A DNA stretch of 62,547 nucleotides from a virus (Duplodnaviria > Caudoviricetes), in the IMG/VR virus record IMGVR_UViG_3300028585_000005, positions 1 through 62,547 of that record, one strand, 5' to 3'. The notes under the pieces were generated by a model. The model saw only the letters and a list, made by a program, of their open reading frames with translations. It ran no database searches and was not told where the DNA came from. A program made the position numbers and the translations under genes. Positions 54,322 to 62,547 of the stretch are shown here, in pieces (positions within the stretch are counted from its first letter, which is position 1; every line of letters begins with the position of its first letter).

Positions 54322-54672
54322 CTACTCGGCAGGCTCGTCGCGCACGATGACCATGCTGGTCGCGTACGACAGGGCGAGCCAGCCCCAGAAGATCCACCAG
54401 GCCGTGAGGACCCAGCCGCCCGCGAGCATGAACCAGACGATCGCGACGAGCATCAGCCACGGCGTGAAGCACCAGGGGCAGGTGAGCAGCTTCGCCCAGC
54501 CCTGGAAGCGGGTGCCCATGAGGGCCAGGGTCCAGGTGTCGCGGAGCCAGGCCGCGGGGGGAAAGGCGTCGTAGGTCACGACGCGCGCGAGCCGGCCGAC
54601 GCCGAGGATGACGACGACGACGGCGAGCAGCAGCAGCAGGGGGTTGTTGAGGAGGTGGGTGACGTTCGTCAT
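54322..54672 (-). CDS. DUF1360-like membrane protein
   Basis: RLARVVTYD...LLTCPWC. Confidence 0.75.
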   Translation of the reverse strand: MTNVTHLLNNPLLLLLAVVVVILGVGRLARVVTYDAFPPAAWLRDTWTLALMGTRFQGWAKLLTCPWCFTPWLMLVAIVWFMLAGGWVLTAWWIFWGWLALSYATSMVIVRDEPAE

Positions 54673-56150
54673 GCGCGGGTGAAGCTCCTTCGTGCGAAGC
54701 CGGGGGGCAGGTGTAGCCCTCCCGGACTGCGGCGGATGACCTCGGGCGGAACGCCCTGGGCCGGGATGGACGGGGCGTGGTCGGCGGGGCTCGAGATCGA
54801 CGAGTCGCTCGTGACGCCCATGAGGTCGGTGAGGGCCCAGACTAGGGCGTCGATCCGGTTGGGCGAGTCGCCCTTCCCGGGCACCCACGTGACCATCTCC
54901 TCCTCGAGCTTGTGCAGCGCGCCGACGTGCAGCACGCGCGTCTGCTCGTAGAGACCGACGATTGGCTCGGCGCGCAGCTGCTTCGATCGCATGGCGGTCT
55001 TCACGATGATGCGCGGGCACGGGGTGTTCATGTCCTTGGCCGTCGACTCGATGGTCGTCTTGACCATGTCGCCGCCGTAGTTCTTCTCGACGACGATCGC
55101 GTCGGCCTTGAGGCGCTCGTAGGTCTGGATCGCGCGCTTCGCCCAGCCAGTCGGGCTGTACTTGTCCGAGTGGTCCTCGAGCACGTAGCCGAAGCCGGCC
55201 GCCTTGCCGACGGCGACGATGCCGGTCTCGTCCGAGCGCCGGTTGTTCGTGCCCGCGGGGTCGATCGAGATGACGATGCGCGCCAGCTCGGGCGTCGAGT
55301 CGAGCCGGTGGATGATGCCGTCCTGCCAGAGGGCGCCGAGCACGTCGCTGAGGATCTCGCCGTGCAGCTCCTGGCGGCCGAGCCGCGTGCCCTCGTACTT
55401 CGACAGCACGGTCTGGGCGAAGTTCGGCGCGAGGTTCGCGAGGTTCGCGTAGGTCGACACCTTCGACGACTTCGTGCCGGGGTCAGCCAGGCGCGCCTTC
55501 ATCCACTTCGTCGGCAGTGGTGTCGTCGTGATGACGGAGTGCGGGCGGTCGCCGAGACGGAGGCCGAAGAGCATCTGGTCCCAGACCTCGTCGATGGCCG
55601 AGATGTGGGCGGGCTCGTCGAGCCAGACCAGGCCGTGCTGCGGGCCACGGAGACGGTCGGGCTCCTCGCCCGAGAACAGCGTGCCCCGGCCGCCGTTCGG
55701 GAACGTGATGCGCTTCTTCGACGGCTCGTAGTGCACGGTCTCGCCCGCGCGCTCGAAGACGCGGATGAGGCCGGACTCGCCCTCGATCATGGTGTCTCGG
55801 GCGGCGGCCGACGTCGGCGCGATCATGCTGATGCGCTCGACGAAGTTCGACATCTTGCGGACGTATTCGGACCCTGACCTGGTCTTTCCTGATCCGCGCC
55901 CCCCGACCAGGGCCCACGTCGTCCAGTCCTTCCCGGCGGGCGGCCACTGGTCGGCGCGGGCGTGCTGGTAGGGCGCGCCGTCGTGTGGCTCGCCGTCGCA
56001 GTGCCGACCCCGCTTGCAGTACCAGACCTGCTGCGTCTTGCCGGTGCGCGCCTTGACCTCCGCCATGGCGCGCGCCTTGGACTCCGGGTCCCAGTGCCGC
56101 GTGAGCTGCTGGACCTCGGCCGGGCTGAGGGCGGGGAGCGTGCCGCTCAC
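54669..56150 (-). CDS. terL: Terminase large subunit
   Basis: Walker A GGRGSGKT, LRGPQ, Walker B WLDE, TTTP, nuclease SIDPA...DETG...SPNRIDA. Confidence 0.95.
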   Translation of the reverse strand: MSGTLPALSPAEVQQLTRHWDPESKARAMAEVKARTGKTQQVWYCKRGRHCDGEPHDGAPYQHARADQWPPAGKDWTTWALVGGRGSGKTRSGSEYVRKMSNFVERISMIAPTSAAARDTMIEGESGLIRVFERAGETVHYEPSKKRITFPNGGRGTLFSGEEPDRLRGPQHGLVWLDEPAHISAIDEVWDQMLFGLRLGDRPHSVITTTPLPTKWMKARLADPGTKSSKVSTYANLANLAPNFAQTVLSKYEGTRLGRQELHGEILSDVLGALWQDGIIHRLDSTPELARIVISIDPAGTNNRRSDETGIVAVGKAAGFGYVLEDHSDKYSPTGWAKRAIQTYERLKADAIVVEKNYGGDMVKTTIESTAKDMNTPCPRIIVKTAMRSKQLRAEPIVGLYEQTRVLHVGALHKLEEEMVTWVPGKGDSPNRIDALVWALTDLMGVTSDSSISSPADHAPSIPAQGVPPEVIRRSPGGLHLPPGFARRSFTRA

Positions 56151-56485
56151 GGCAGCGAGCCGATCTTCCACGAGCCGTAGCCGCGGCCGGCGCCCTCGTT
56201 CGCGCGTGCGCCCGGCTCGGCCACGCCATAGGGCTGGACGGGCTTCTCGTCGGCCATGACCTCGTCCCAGTCCAGGTCGAGGTCGTGCACCGCGAAGGCG
56301 ACGGCGGCGCGGCGGGCGAAGCCGGCCATCGAGATCCCGCGTTCACGCGCTGCGTTCTGCACGAGCTCGTAGAGGTCGGTCGGGAAGTTCAGGCCGATCG
56401 ACCGGCGGCGCGACGCGGTCTCGACCTCACGGGCGTCGACCTGGTCCATCAGCTTCTCGCGCCAATCCTGCTTCTGATCAGGCAT
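56147..56485 (-). CDS. Ribbon-helix-helix-like DNA-binding protein
   Basis: IGLNFPTDLYELVQNAARERGISMAGFARRA. Confidence 0.65.
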   Translation of the reverse strand: MPDQKQDWREKLMDQVDAREVETASRRRSIGLNFPTDLYELVQNAARERGISMAGFARRAAVAFAVHDLDLDWDEVMADEKPVQPYGVAEPGARANEGAGRGYGSWKIGSLP

Positions 56486-57107
56486 TTTCCTGGCCCTTTG
56501 GCACGAAGACGCCCTCGGCGTCCTCCTCGAACTCCTGCGTGTCGTCGGCGAAGATGTCGCCCTCGCCGTCGGCCGCCGACCCGGCCTGCGCGACCAGTGC
56601 GGCGGTGACGCGCTCGAACTCGGCCTGCGCCGGGGTCTGCATCTTGATCACCTGGGGTGCGTTGAGACCGTGAAGCACGCCGATCCGGTCGAGGGTGTTG
56701 CGGTACTCGCGGGCGTACGTGATGTGCTCCTCATTGTCGACCAGCTTGGTCGCCTGCGGGTCCTTCGACTCCTCGTCCTTGACTCGGAGCTTCGAGTTGA
56801 GCGCCTTCGGGGCCAGCGACTTGAGCAGCCCCTCGTATCGGGCGGACAGCAGGCGGCGCATGGCCTCGTAGTCCGTCGTCGGGTCGTAGGCACCCGCGAG
56901 TTCGGCCTCGTATGCCCGTCGTGCAGCGGTCGGAGACACAAACCGCAGCTGATCAGCGATTTCCTTGTCAGTCGCGCCCGCGAGGGCCATCGCGACGGCC
57001 GCTTTCGACCGCGTGCGGGTATCGCGAGAGACGCGCGCGAGCGACTTCTCGTCCGGCTCGACCTCCTGGCCGTGCTCGTCGTAGAACGGACGCTCATCGT
57101 CGCTCAT
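56478..57107 (-). CDS. HTH protein, terminase small subunit candidate
   Basis: AMALAGATDKEIADQL HTH; LHGLNAP; upstream of terL. Confidence 0.65.
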   Translation of the reverse strand: MSDDERPFYDEHGQEVEPDEKSLARVSRDTRTRSKAAVAMALAGATDKEIADQLRFVSPTAARRAYEAELAGAYDPTTDYEAMRRLLSARYEGLLKSLAPKALNSKLRVKDEESKDPQATKLVDNEEHITYAREYRNTLDRIGVLHGLNAPQVIKMQTPAQAEFERVTAALVAQAGSAADGEGDIFADDTQEFEEDAEGVFVPKGQENA

Positions 57108-57790
57108 CTGCGCCTCTCCCAGCTCGGAACGTTCATGCGTGCCAGCTCATTGTCGCTCAGGGGGTCCTGACCCAGGGCCTTGAGCAGCATGTTGAAGTCG
57201 TTCGGCCCGATCGAGCGACCGTTCCGCTTCGAGATGGTCAGGCTGTACGCCTTGCCGTCCTCCGACGTCGTCGGGACCACCTCGTACTTGAGATCGTTGA
57301 CCGATTTCCGGGTCTGATCAGCACTTTCCGCGTCATCCTCGTCAGCCGTGGCGAAGTCCTCGGGGGTCAGCGGGTCGTTGATCATCGCGACCAGGTCCTG
57401 CATGTCGTGCGCGCTGTAGCCGGTGCCCTGCAGGGCGAGGTCGGTCTCGAACAAGCCCTCGAGGAGGTCGGCCAGCTGTGCCTCGTCCTCCCAGCCGAGC
57501 TTCGCGGTGCGGTTGTCGACGAGCATGATGCGCTTCGCGGTCTCGTCGTCGACGTCGCGCCACACGACGGGCACCTCGGCGAGCCCCAGCCGGATGGCTG
57601 CGGCGTAGCGGTGGTTCCCGGCGAGGATGTGGCGGGTCGAGGTCTGCACGACGATCGGCTGGTACAGCCCATTCGTTCGGATCGACTCGACGATGGCCTC
57701 GATGTCGCCGTTGTTCGGGTTCAGCGGGTGCTGCTCGAGGGTGAAGACGCTCACCTGCTCGACGCGCACCGGCGTCTGGTCGGCCTTCAC
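57104..57790 (-). CDS. ParB/Srx N-terminal domain protein
   Basis: HPLNPN...SI-x-x-NG-x-x-QPIVV...ILAGNHR...DNR. Confidence 0.85.
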   Translation of the reverse strand: MKADQTPVRVEQVSVFTLEQHPLNPNNGDIEAIVESIRTNGLYQPIVVQTSTRHILAGNHRYAAAIRLGLAEVPVVWRDVDDETAKRIMLVDNRTAKLGWEDEAQLADLLEGLFETDLALQGTGYSAHDMQDLVAMINDPLTPEDFATADEDDAESADQTRKSVNDLKYEVVPTTSEDGKAYSLTISKRNGRSIGPNDFNMLLKALGQDPLSDNELARMNVPSWERRR

Positions 57791-58263
57791 AGCTTGACGA
57801 GGATGCCGATCGCGATGATCTGGGCAACCAGGCCCGCGACGGCGATGCCCGCGACCAGCCAGAACGGCCAGGTGTCCTGGCCCTGGTGCACGCTGATCTC
57901 GACGGGTCGAACGGCGCCGTCGAGCGCCGGCTCGTCGCCCAGGGTGTAGGTCTTCTCGAAGATGTCGGGCTTGCAGGGGTAGAACTCGCCGTTGACGCCT
58001 TCGATGACGACGTCGCCGACGTCGCCGACCATGCGACCCTCGAGCGTGACGATCTCGAGGTGGGCCGGCACGACCTCGCGCACCTCGTCCGAGCCGTCGA
58101 CGCGCTCGAGGACGGGCGGGTGGTACTCGATCTCGGTGCCGCGCTCGCGGGCGTAGATCATGATGGCCTTGGCGGTGGCATGGGTGCCGTCGAAGACGGC
58201 GTGCTGCACCGTGACGGTGCGCTTCGTGGCGGGGGCGAACTGCCCGGCGGTGGTCTCGATCAT
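57787..58263 (-). CDS. Conserved phage protein with an added C-terminal TM helix
   Basis: TLEG...GD[22 protein letters not shown], then a hydrophobic tail. Confidence 0.8.
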   Translation of the reverse strand: MIETTAGQFAPATKRTVTVQHAVFDGTHATAKAIMIYARERGTEIEYHPPVLERVDGSDEVREVVPAHLEIVTLEGRMVGDVGDVVIEGVNGEFYPCKPDIFEKTYTLGDEPALDGAVRPVEISVHQGQDTWPFWLVAGIAVAGLVAQIIAIGILVKL

Positions 58264-58265
58264 GG

Positions 58266-58442
58266 TCAGCGTCCTGTCTTCGTGGTCCGTCGCACGTCCG
58301 CGACGATGAGGTTGCGCAGGTAGGCCGACACAGGCGTAGACCCCCGCGCAGAGTCGAGAAGCCTCTTCTGCGCGGGGGTCATCTTGAAGGAGACGGTGAC
58401 CGTACGGGCTACCTTTCCCTCGGGCTTGCGTCCTCCTGGCAT
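58266..58442 (-). CDS. 58-aa ribbon-helix-helix protein (not in the ORF track), probably leaderless
   Basis: [50 protein letters not shown]...; CATAAT 6 nt upstream of the ATG. Confidence 0.75.
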   Translation of the reverse strand: MPGGRKPEGKVARTVTVSFKMTPAQKRLLDSARGSTPVSAYLRNLIVADVRRTTKTGR

Positions 58443-58462
58443 GAGCCCATTATGTATTACCG

Positions 58463-58479
58463 AACCAGCATTGCTGGTC
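58463..58479. repeat. 17-bp palindrome copy 21, overlapping a TGA stop and the predicted -35 position of the RHH promoter
   Basis: AACCAGCATTGCTGGTC. Confidence 0.9.
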
Positions 58480-58825
58480 AGTCCGTGATGTCGCGTCGGC
58501 CGGAGCCCTTCATCGCGAGCCGCAGCGCGTACCCCTCGTGGTTGCCTGCGCCGTGGAAGCGACGGTCGATGTCGGCCTCGAACTGCTCGAAGCGACGGTC
58601 GATGTTCGCCTCGCGCGCACGGCGACGGCGCTCGTACTTGCCGTCGGGGTAGGGCAGCGAGCGGGAGGCGCGCACCGTAGAGCGCGACGCCCGGGACCGG
58701 ATCTTGCTGGGCTGGGGCAGGGGCTGGACCAGGAGGCTGATCGGGACACCCAGACCCTCGGACATGCGCCGCCGGAGCTCGCTCTTCTTCACGGTGGGGA
58801 CGACGGTCAGGTTCGGGTGGGACAT
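58478..58825 (-). CDS. Hypothetical basic protein
   Basis: GAGGAG RBS; internal (N/D)IDRRF repeat. Confidence 0.7.
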   Translation of the reverse strand: MSHPNLTVVPTVKKSELRRRMSEGLGVPISLLVQPLPQPSKIRSRASRSTVRASRSLPYPDGKYERRRRAREANIDRRFEQFEADIDRRFHGAGNHEGYALRLAMKGSGRRDITD

Positions 58826-59190
58826 CAGCTCTCCTCGGGGTGGTCGGCGAGCCACTTGGCGCGCACTCGTTGCAGGGCGTTCATCGTGTCGGGCCCGTTC
58901 GGCTCGACCATGGCCTCGGTGCGCTCGGCGTGCGCTTCCCGCATCCGCTCGGCGAAGCGCTCGAGGTTGGGGGCGAGGCGCTTCTGCAGCTGGCGGGCGA
59001 GGCGTGCGAACCGGCGCTCGACCCGGACCAGCTTGTAGCGCTCGTCGGGCGCGGTCGGCGGCCAGGCCAGCTGGCCCTCTGCGTGGCGCACGGCGGCCTC
59101 CGGCATCGGCAGGGCGCCGCCCGTGAGCAAGGCGAGAGTCTCAGCCTCGACCTGGGCGATCACGGTCGTCGAGCGGTAGCGCCGGGTCAC
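58825..59190 (-). CDS. Hypothetical protein
   Basis: Overlapping start/stop codons. Confidence 0.7.
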   Translation of the reverse strand: MTRRYRSTTVIAQVEAETLALLTGGALPMPEAAVRHAEGQLAWPPTAPDERYKLVRVERRFARLARQLQKRLAPNLERFAERMREAHAERTEAMVEPNGPDTMNALQRVRAKWLADHPEES

Positions 59191-59585
59191 TCGGTCACGT
59201 CCTCGAAGTGGTCGACGACCTGGCGCGCGATCGTGCGCTGAGGCACGAGGGGAGACAGCCTGACACGGCTCTGCAGAGTGAGCCCTTCCAGGCCGGCGTT
59301 GGCACTCGGCAGCAGCTCCTCGACCAGGATGCCGCGCTCTTCACCGGTCGCTTCGATATGGCGAGCCAGGCGGAAGATTGCATCCTGCTCGTCTCGCATG
59401 TGATCCGAGACTTGCTTCTCGATCAACTTGCCGACTCGTGCGCGAGCGAGCGACTCTGCCGGCAGCTCGCGCGGCTCGAACGCGCCGGGGTTCCAGCCAC
59501 TGATCGCGTGCTGGACGCCCGGCAGCCGGCCGCGGTCGCGCGCCTTCTGGACTTCGACGCGCAGCGTCTCGATGTCGGCGATCAC
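59187..59585 (-). CDS. Hypothetical protein
   Basis: GTGA overlaps. Confidence 0.65.
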   Translation of the reverse strand: MIADIETLRVEVQKARDRGRLPGVQHAISGWNPGAFEPRELPAESLARARVGKLIEKQVSDHMRDEQDAIFRLARHIEATGEERGILVEELLPSANAGLEGLTLQSRVRLSPLVPQRTIARQVVDHFEDVTE

Positions 59586-60304
59586 TCGGCGACCTCCGGC
59601 TCGAAGTCCCAGTTGGCGAGGCGGTCGTGCACGGTGTCACGGGAGAGCGGCGAGACGGCCCACGCGACGCTGACCTTGGCGGGCTGCAGGCGGAGCATCG
59701 TGCGGCGCACGTCCGGCGCGGGCTCGTGCTCGGCCGTAAAGACCAGGCGGGGGCGGACCGAGCGGAGGCGGGAGAGCCAGCCGATGAGCATCTCGTCGCG
59801 GGGCCCGTTCATCTCGCGGCCATCCTTGCTGACCTCGAGGGGTGAGACGCGGCGCTTGCGGACGCGGGGCTTCTCAGCGGCGGAGTTCGGGTCGACCTGC
59901 TCGGTGATTTCGATGGTGTTGTCGAACTCGTGGAAGCCGTCGACGACGAGGTCGTCGTAGTCCATGCCGCGCCACGCCGGGCCGAAGCGGACCTCGCCGA
60001 TCGCGTTCGGGCCGGTGATCTCGACGCGCTGCTGAGACGGGCGCGCCTTGTAGGTGACGCCCTCGCGGTCGAGCAAGCGGCAAAGGTGGTCGAGCGACTG
60101 GCGCTCGCGACCCATGCCCGGGGCGCGGAAGAGGACGACGCGGCCCTCGGCTGCCTGGGACGCGGACCACGAGAGGGCGGCGGCGGTCTTGCCGGCACCG
60201 CGGCCACCGAGCATCCACCACGCCTGCCAGTCGCCCTCGGGCGGGATCTGGTGCGGGAAGAGGGTCTGGGAGATCGGAAGGGGGGAGTGGTTGGGGAGTG
60301 TCAT
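59582..60304 (-). CDS. Stand-alone terminase-like ATPase domain (second, truncated TerL paralogue)
   Basis: PHQIPPEGDWQAWWMLGGRGAGKT parallels terL DQWPPAGKDWTTWALVGGRGSGKT; no nuclease domain. Confidence 0.75.
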   Translation of the reverse strand: MTLPNHSPLPISQTLFPHQIPPEGDWQAWWMLGGRGAGKTAAALSWSASQAAEGRVVLFRAPGMGRERQSLDHLCRLLDREGVTYKARPSQQRVEITGPNAIGEVRFGPAWRGMDYDDLVVDGFHEFDNTIEITEQVDPNSAAEKPRVRKRRVSPLEVSKDGREMNGPRDEMLIGWLSRLRSVRPRLVFTAEHEPAPDVRRTMLRLQPAKVSVAWAVSPLSRDTVHDRLANWDFEPEVAE

Positions 60305-60314
60305 GGTCGAGATC

Positions 60315-60539
60315 CTAGGTCGTGGTGGTCAGCGGGGGGACCCAGCCGTACAGGTTGCAGTCGGGGCAGCGTCTGCTGTGCCAGCCCTTGCGCGTCCGGG
60401 CGCCCGCGGCCTCGAAGGCGTCGGTGTAGCCGCTCGGCAGGGGGTGGTCGTGCAGCGCGTTCGGGCACTCGTCGCGCGGGCCCGGCTCTTCGCTGCCGCC
60501 GCACAGGAAGAGCGGCCCGGGCTGCTGCGGCTCAGGCAC
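60315..60539 (-). CDS. Small zinc-binding protein
   Basis: CPN...H...P-x-GY...RCPDCNLY. Confidence 0.65.
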   Translation of the reverse strand: MPEPQQPGPLFLCGGSEEPGPRDECPNALHDHPLPSGYTDAFEAAGARTRKGWHSRRCPDCNLYGWVPPLTTTT

Positions 60540-60942
60540 GGAGCGCCCTCTCGCACAGCTCACGCACGAGGTTGACGTTGAGGTTCACGCTTCGAGCGCG
60601 CGGCCGGAGGTCGAGCATCTTGAGCGCCGCCATCGACGAGGTCTGCAGCGGCGTCGGCTCGGCCGGGCGCGGGGCCTCGACGTCGAGCAGCTCGCCGAAG
60701 CTGGGGAAGATGTGGCCCTCGCCGACCGTCTCGCCGGGGCCGAGCTCGAGGACAGCAGCCCCGCCCTGGACGATGCCCGCGCGGTACGCCAGCTCCATCG
60801 CCGCGGCCACGCGGACCGCGGTCGAGTCGTCGAGCGTGGCGAGCAGCGGGTCGATCCAGTTGTCCTGAGCGTCGAGGGCCTGCAGCTGGACCTCGGTCGG
60901 CATCACCTCGAGCATGACCGGGTCCAGGCGCATCCGCTTCAC
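60532..60942 (-). CDS. Hypothetical protein
   Basis: GTGA overlap; codon bias. Confidence 0.7.
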   Translation of the reverse strand: MKRMRLDPVMLEVMPTEVQLQALDAQDNWIDPLLATLDDSTAVRVAAAMELAYRAGIVQGGAAVLELGPGETVGEGHIFPSFGELLDVEAPRPAEPTPLQTSSMAALKMLDLRPRARSVNLNVNLVRELCERALRA

Positions 60943-61253
60943 GAGGGGTCCTGCACGGCCTGGTCGCCCTGGCCGGCCTCGGCGATGGCAGCGCGGGTCT
61001 GCTCGCCGGGCTCGAAGGGCTCGGACGCCGAGATGAACAGTGCGACCTGCGTGCCGTCGGGCTGGGCGAGGAGGCCGGTCAGGCTGCCGCCGTGGTGATC
61101 GCGGACGAGCTGGGCGACGGCGTGCAGCACCTGGTTCGTCATGTCGATCTTGTCGGTGAAGCGATTGCCGTCCTCGGAGAGCTGGCCGACGTGGATCGCG
61201 GGCGCGAGGCGGGAGGACTTGATGCCGAGACGGATGGTGGCGGTCTGCTTCAT
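60939..61253 (-). CDS. Hypothetical protein
   Basis: AAGGA RBS. Confidence 0.75.
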   Translation of the reverse strand: MKQTATIRLGIKSSRLAPAIHVGQLSEDGNRFTDKIDMTNQVLHAVAQLVRDHHGGSLTGLLAQPDGTQVALFISASEPFEPGEQTRAAIAEAGQGDQAVQDPS

Positions 61254-61660
61254 GATGGGGTTCCTTCGGTGGTGGGGTTAGGGATGTGGATCAGGGTGGC
61301 GGGGAGCTGGTCGTCGAGCAGCGAGACGCTGATCTCGGACGCGAAGACGTACCAGGAGCTCCACTCTGCAGAGTCGCTCCGTTCCATGCACTCGCCGCCG
61401 GCCGTGACGATCACGGCGCCCTCGGGCAGGGCCTCGGCCTCCTTGATGGTCGTGATCACGCGCGGCGCCGACTGGCTCTCTCTGTCGCGAAGCGACTCGA
61501 TTTCGTCAGCCTGGTCGATGACCGAGTTGGTCAGCACCCGCAGGGTCCGGGTCGGCACCCTCAGCTGGGCGGCAGACGTCACGGTCAGCACGCGCTTGAG
61601 CATCCGGGCGTCGGTCAGGGCGATCTGGCGGCGTCGGTCGGCGTCGGCCCAGTCGCTCAC
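61250..61660 (-). CDS. Hypothetical protein
   Basis: GTGA overlap; RVITTIKEAEALPEGAVI motif common in actinophages. Confidence 0.7.
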   Translation of the reverse strand: MSDWADADRRRQIALTDARMLKRVLTVTSAAQLRVPTRTLRVLTNSVIDQADEIESLRDRESQSAPRVITTIKEAEALPEGAVIVTAGGECMERSDSAEWSSWYVFASEISVSLLDDQLPATLIHIPNPTTEGTPS

Positions 61661-62208
61661 GGCTGCACCGCCTCGGGCTCGGCCGGGACGATGCGCTTCA
61701 CGAGCAGGCCCTGCTTGTCGAGGAGGTCGATGGCCTGCTTGCGCTCGACCGGGTCGCCTCGCCACACGATGCGGGGGTCGAGGTACAGCTCGCGGTGCCC
61801 GACCTCGATGGCGAAGCCCTGGGCCTTGAGCGAGCGGAGCGCCCGGGATACGGCGTTCGGGCTGCCGGCCACCTGCACGGCGAGCTCGCCGGTCGAGTAG
61901 CGGAAGGGCCCGTTGAACGCCATGTCGTCGATGAGCGCGATGAAGGTGCGCAGCTCCATGCCGGTCAGGGTGAACAGCCGGGGCAGGTGCTCGTCGTAGA
62001 GGATCGCGAACTCGGACTGGGTGATCTGCCCTGCGGAGCGGCCTCGACGCTTGATCACCTCCTCCTTGTGCCAGACCCGGACCTCGCCGGTGTCGGGGTC
62101 GTGCAGCTGCATCTCCACGATGCGGGTCAGGGGGGTACGTCGTGTGCGTGTCACGGGTGTCGGCTGCCCCTCGGTGGGGTGGGCCGTTCCCTCTCTTTTG
62201 TCTACCAT
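61657..62208 (-). CDS. RepL-like winged-HTH protein (candidate replication initiator)
   Basis: LTGMELR...ELA...SPNAVSRALRSLKAQGF...LYLDPRIVWRG matches the RepL-type Y-x-x-(N/D)P-x-x-x-W-x-G pattern. Confidence 0.65.
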   Translation of the reverse strand: MVDKREGTAHPTEGQPTPVTRTRRTPLTRIVEMQLHDPDTGEVRVWHKEEVIKRRGRSAGQITQSEFAILYDEHLPRLFTLTGMELRTFIALIDDMAFNGPFRYSTGELAVQVAGSPNAVSRALRSLKAQGFAIEVGHRELYLDPRIVWRGDPVERKQAIDLLDKQGLLVKRIVPAEPEAVQP

Positions 62209-62215
62209 GTGGGAT

Positions 62216-62245
62216 AGTCTATCTACCGAACTGGTCAATTGGCAA
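62216..62245 (-). promoter_or_regulatory. Leftward SigA-type promoter, likely leaderless, for the RepL-like gene
   Basis: TTGCCA-N18-TAGACT-N7-ATG on the - strand. Confidence 0.7.
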
Positions 62246-62420
62246 GGGGGGCCCATTCGGGGTCTGACCTGGGCTTTTCCCGTCCTGGGCTCAGATTCTC
62301 TCTATCTATCCCCGGTAGTTCTCCCCCGGAGGGGGTCTCTCCCTGGGTCAGATCGGGGTCAGTTCGGTAATACGGAACTCATCTCTGGACCCCGTGAGCA
62401 TGGCATGACGGTGAGCGTGC

Positions 62421-62547
62421 AGTACACACCACATCATGTGTAATCCACTGACGTGTGGGGTGTCCCATCCCACCACATCATGTGTCATCACCTCACACGC
62501 CATGTGTCAGCAGTGACCACTCATCGGCGTGCGTGCACACGTGCGCG
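62421..62547. repeat. Terminal direct repeat, right copy
   Basis: Identical to 1-127. Confidence 0.95.

Noticed and set aside
57104-57790. Classical ParABS partition system using the palindromes as parS
   Set aside because: No ParA is visible and the protein looks like the terminase-adjacent ParB-N type without an evident parS-binding HTH. It is kept only as one candidate binder.
567-62208. Lysogeny module or prophage boundaries
   Set aside because: No integrase, excisionase, CI-like repressor or flanking host genes were recognised.

Overview
The window looks like a complete genome of a high-GC (roughly 70% by eye) actinobacterial siphovirus. Bases 1-127 are identical to 62421-62547, so the unique length is about 62,420 bp; 127 is a common assembler k-mer, so this overlap is probably an assembly artefact. 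Two arms diverge from a ~780 bp non-coding region spanning the junction. The + arm (0.6-25.4 kb) carries many small early or hypothetical genes, a sortase-type LAXTG surface protein, an aberrant tRNA-like gene, SSB, a RuvC-like resolvase, a Rad52/Sak-like annealase, a Cas4/RecB-like exonuclease and two HNH proteins. The - arm (62.2-25.5 kb) carries a RepL-like HTH protein, a second truncated terminase-like ATPase, a ParB-like protein, terminase, portal, a MuF/2H-phosphoesterase/protease fusion, two capsid proteins in the mycobacteriophage cluster-B-like layout, tail genes, tape measure and an amidase endolysin. I recognised no integrase, repressor, DNA polymerase, primase or helicase. The most striking unexplained signal is a 17-bp palindrome, (G/A)ACCAGCA-N-TGCTGG(T/C)(C/T), which I found 21 times by eye. 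Copies are densest at the left end and thin out along the genome. They occur at gene boundaries, inside ORFs (always read as T-S-x-A-G), at the core of three larger hairpins, and over a predicted promoter. All functional calls come from motif recognition and gene context, not from database searches.
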